Part shown: piece after piece, positions 62,479 through 64,000 of the stretch
How the letters are laid out: every line of letters begins with the position of its first letter
Numbering within the stretch: position 1 is the stretch's first letter
Assembly (NCBI GenBank): GCA_009103225.1
Contig: RHPI01001292.1
Span: 349,243 to 413,242, forward strand
DNA length: 64,000 nucleotides
Source of the DNA: Chlorokybus atmophyticus
Lineage: Eukaryota; Plantae; Mesostigma and Chlorokybus algae
Reading direction: 5' to 3'
Translations under genes and position numbers: made by a program
The notes under the pieces: generated by a model
Databases searched by the model: none
Seen by the model: only the letters and a program-made list of their open reading frames with translations
Told to the model about the DNA's origin: nothing

Positions 62479-63626
62479 CTACTGATTATCAGGTGTGATC
62501 TCCTCCAGTGTCATCTCCATGCCTTCAAGAGTCCCACGGCGCAGGCGCGGCAGCGCACCCTCCGGGTCAAAATCCCGCAGCAGGTCTCCATCTCCCTCCC
62601 CAACCCGCTCAGATTCAAACTCGGGCTTCACGCGGCGCACGGGCACACTCACGCTGTAGATCGTACCCAATTCGGGATCACTTGAGACCGCCAAATCAAC
62701 CTGCAAACCAAAGAAGTTCACAACACAATCACACAACCCAAACAACAGTACCAAATCCTAACCATGCTCATGGAGGCAGAGGCATTGAAGCAAGAAGACT
62801 ACCAGGTTTCATGTACTGACCTTGTCTTCCTTTTCAATCTCAACGTATGATGATAAAGCTCGCACAATGGAGCGCTTCATCTCGGCCATCGAGGCCGGGG
62901 AGAGAGCGCAGCGGTCAGCGACAAGAATCATGCGCAGGCGCTTCTTCGCGCGCTCCCGAGCAGAAGACTCCACGTCCAAATCAACCACAGGCTCCACGCT
63001 GCCCTTGGGCTTCGGGAAGAAGATCTCAATTGCCGCTTGCAGCTGCCAGCCAACAGATACGAACATATGTAAGAGCTTGCACATGACATAATAAGAGCAC
63101 ACGACAAGCTTGCAGCACTACTTCCGTCTGTTATAAGTGATTCACATAAGCCAACGCAGTACGTTGCCTAGTAAGTTCTTGTAGTCTGATGGTGGGGTTT
63201 GCGTATTTTCCAGAACGCATGAGATGACCTGCCTCAGTAGCATTACCCAAAAACTACTTTAGAGCATGTCCAAACTGGTGTGCATGCTCTCCAGGTAGTC
63301 CAGAAGGCATAACTCAGTCACCATAGAAAACTAGACTGATAATAACAAACCACACTGCTGACCTTTTCCCAGAATGTGAGCGGCTCACGCCGCCGCTCCG
63401 GCCTGGAGTACTCCCCGTAGGCGGCTCTGGCTGCCAGGCTCCGCCGGCCCACTGATCCTGCTCGCCGCAAGACGGGCGCAGGGATCCGGGCCCGCAGCAG
63501 CTCTGACGGCCGACAGGGCCGCAGCTGCGACCATCTAGACGACAAAGACGAAGACGGCGATGGTGACGCCGCTGCAGCGGCGGCCACACCGGCGGACCCT
63601 CCCGCTACTGCCGCCGCCGCAGCCAT
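62479..63626 (-). CDS. minE: Plastid division topological specificity factor MinE with a transit peptide; exons 63626-63363, 63042-62821, 62700-62479
   Basis: Ala/Ser/Arg-rich transit peptide, then SARERAKKRLRMILVADRCALSPASMAEMKRSIVRALSSYVEIEKEDK|VDLAVSSDPELGTIYSVSVPVRRVKPE, the plant MinE1 pattern. Confidence 0.95.
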
Positions 63627-64000
63627 GTCTTCCCAGCAACCCCTCTCAGCTCACCAACCTGCCCTCCTTTTCTCCTTTGGTCAATGCGCCCTGCGTTGCC
63701 TTTGCCACCACGACCAACCACCAAGACGATCCCCAGCCACTCCCAAGCGCCGCACCTCGCCAGCAACACCGCCGCCGCCGCCTGCCAATCGCCGCAAACC
63801 CTAGGCTGTTCGGTCCAGTCAGCAGAGTTCAGTCTGGCGTTTTGGCGGGAAGGGCACGCACACGCCAGCAATTAGATGCCAAACAAGCACTGCTGTGTGG
63901 TAGGCCTAACGTAAAGTACTGCTCAAAGTCTATGAGCTAAAATGATCACACAACGACTGCCACATGAACTGCAGCCAGCAGCGAGAGAAGGAAGTGTACC

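Overview
Intron-rich eukaryotic nuclear DNA from the green lineage. Nuclear minE, plastid-type DPE1, CBM45, an Ole e 1-like domain and plant-type telo-boxes point to a green alga, possibly an early-diverging streptophyte (inference). The window opens with the decayed 3' half of a chromodomain Ty3/gypsy retrotransposon whose LTR carries a TA-flanked MITE. About 15 spliced genes follow: serine acetyltransferase, PRP8 (one intron, a 6.9-kb exon), a small conserved hypothetical, VPS37, an unidentified multi-exon gene, an 8-residue-repeat protein ending in a CaaX box, lpxC, a secreted Ole e 1 / heparinase II-III-like lyase chimera, a CBM45-fused DPE1 (GH77), BUB3, PPIL2, a microbial-type lipocalin, a SAM+LRR protein, Sec61-gamma and MinE. 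The most unusual signals are two adjacent domain fusions in carbohydrate-active genes (35.5-44.2 kb) and a perfect 26-bp hairpin in the single PRP8 intron. All gene models were spliced by hand and all family assignments come from recalled motifs, not database searches.
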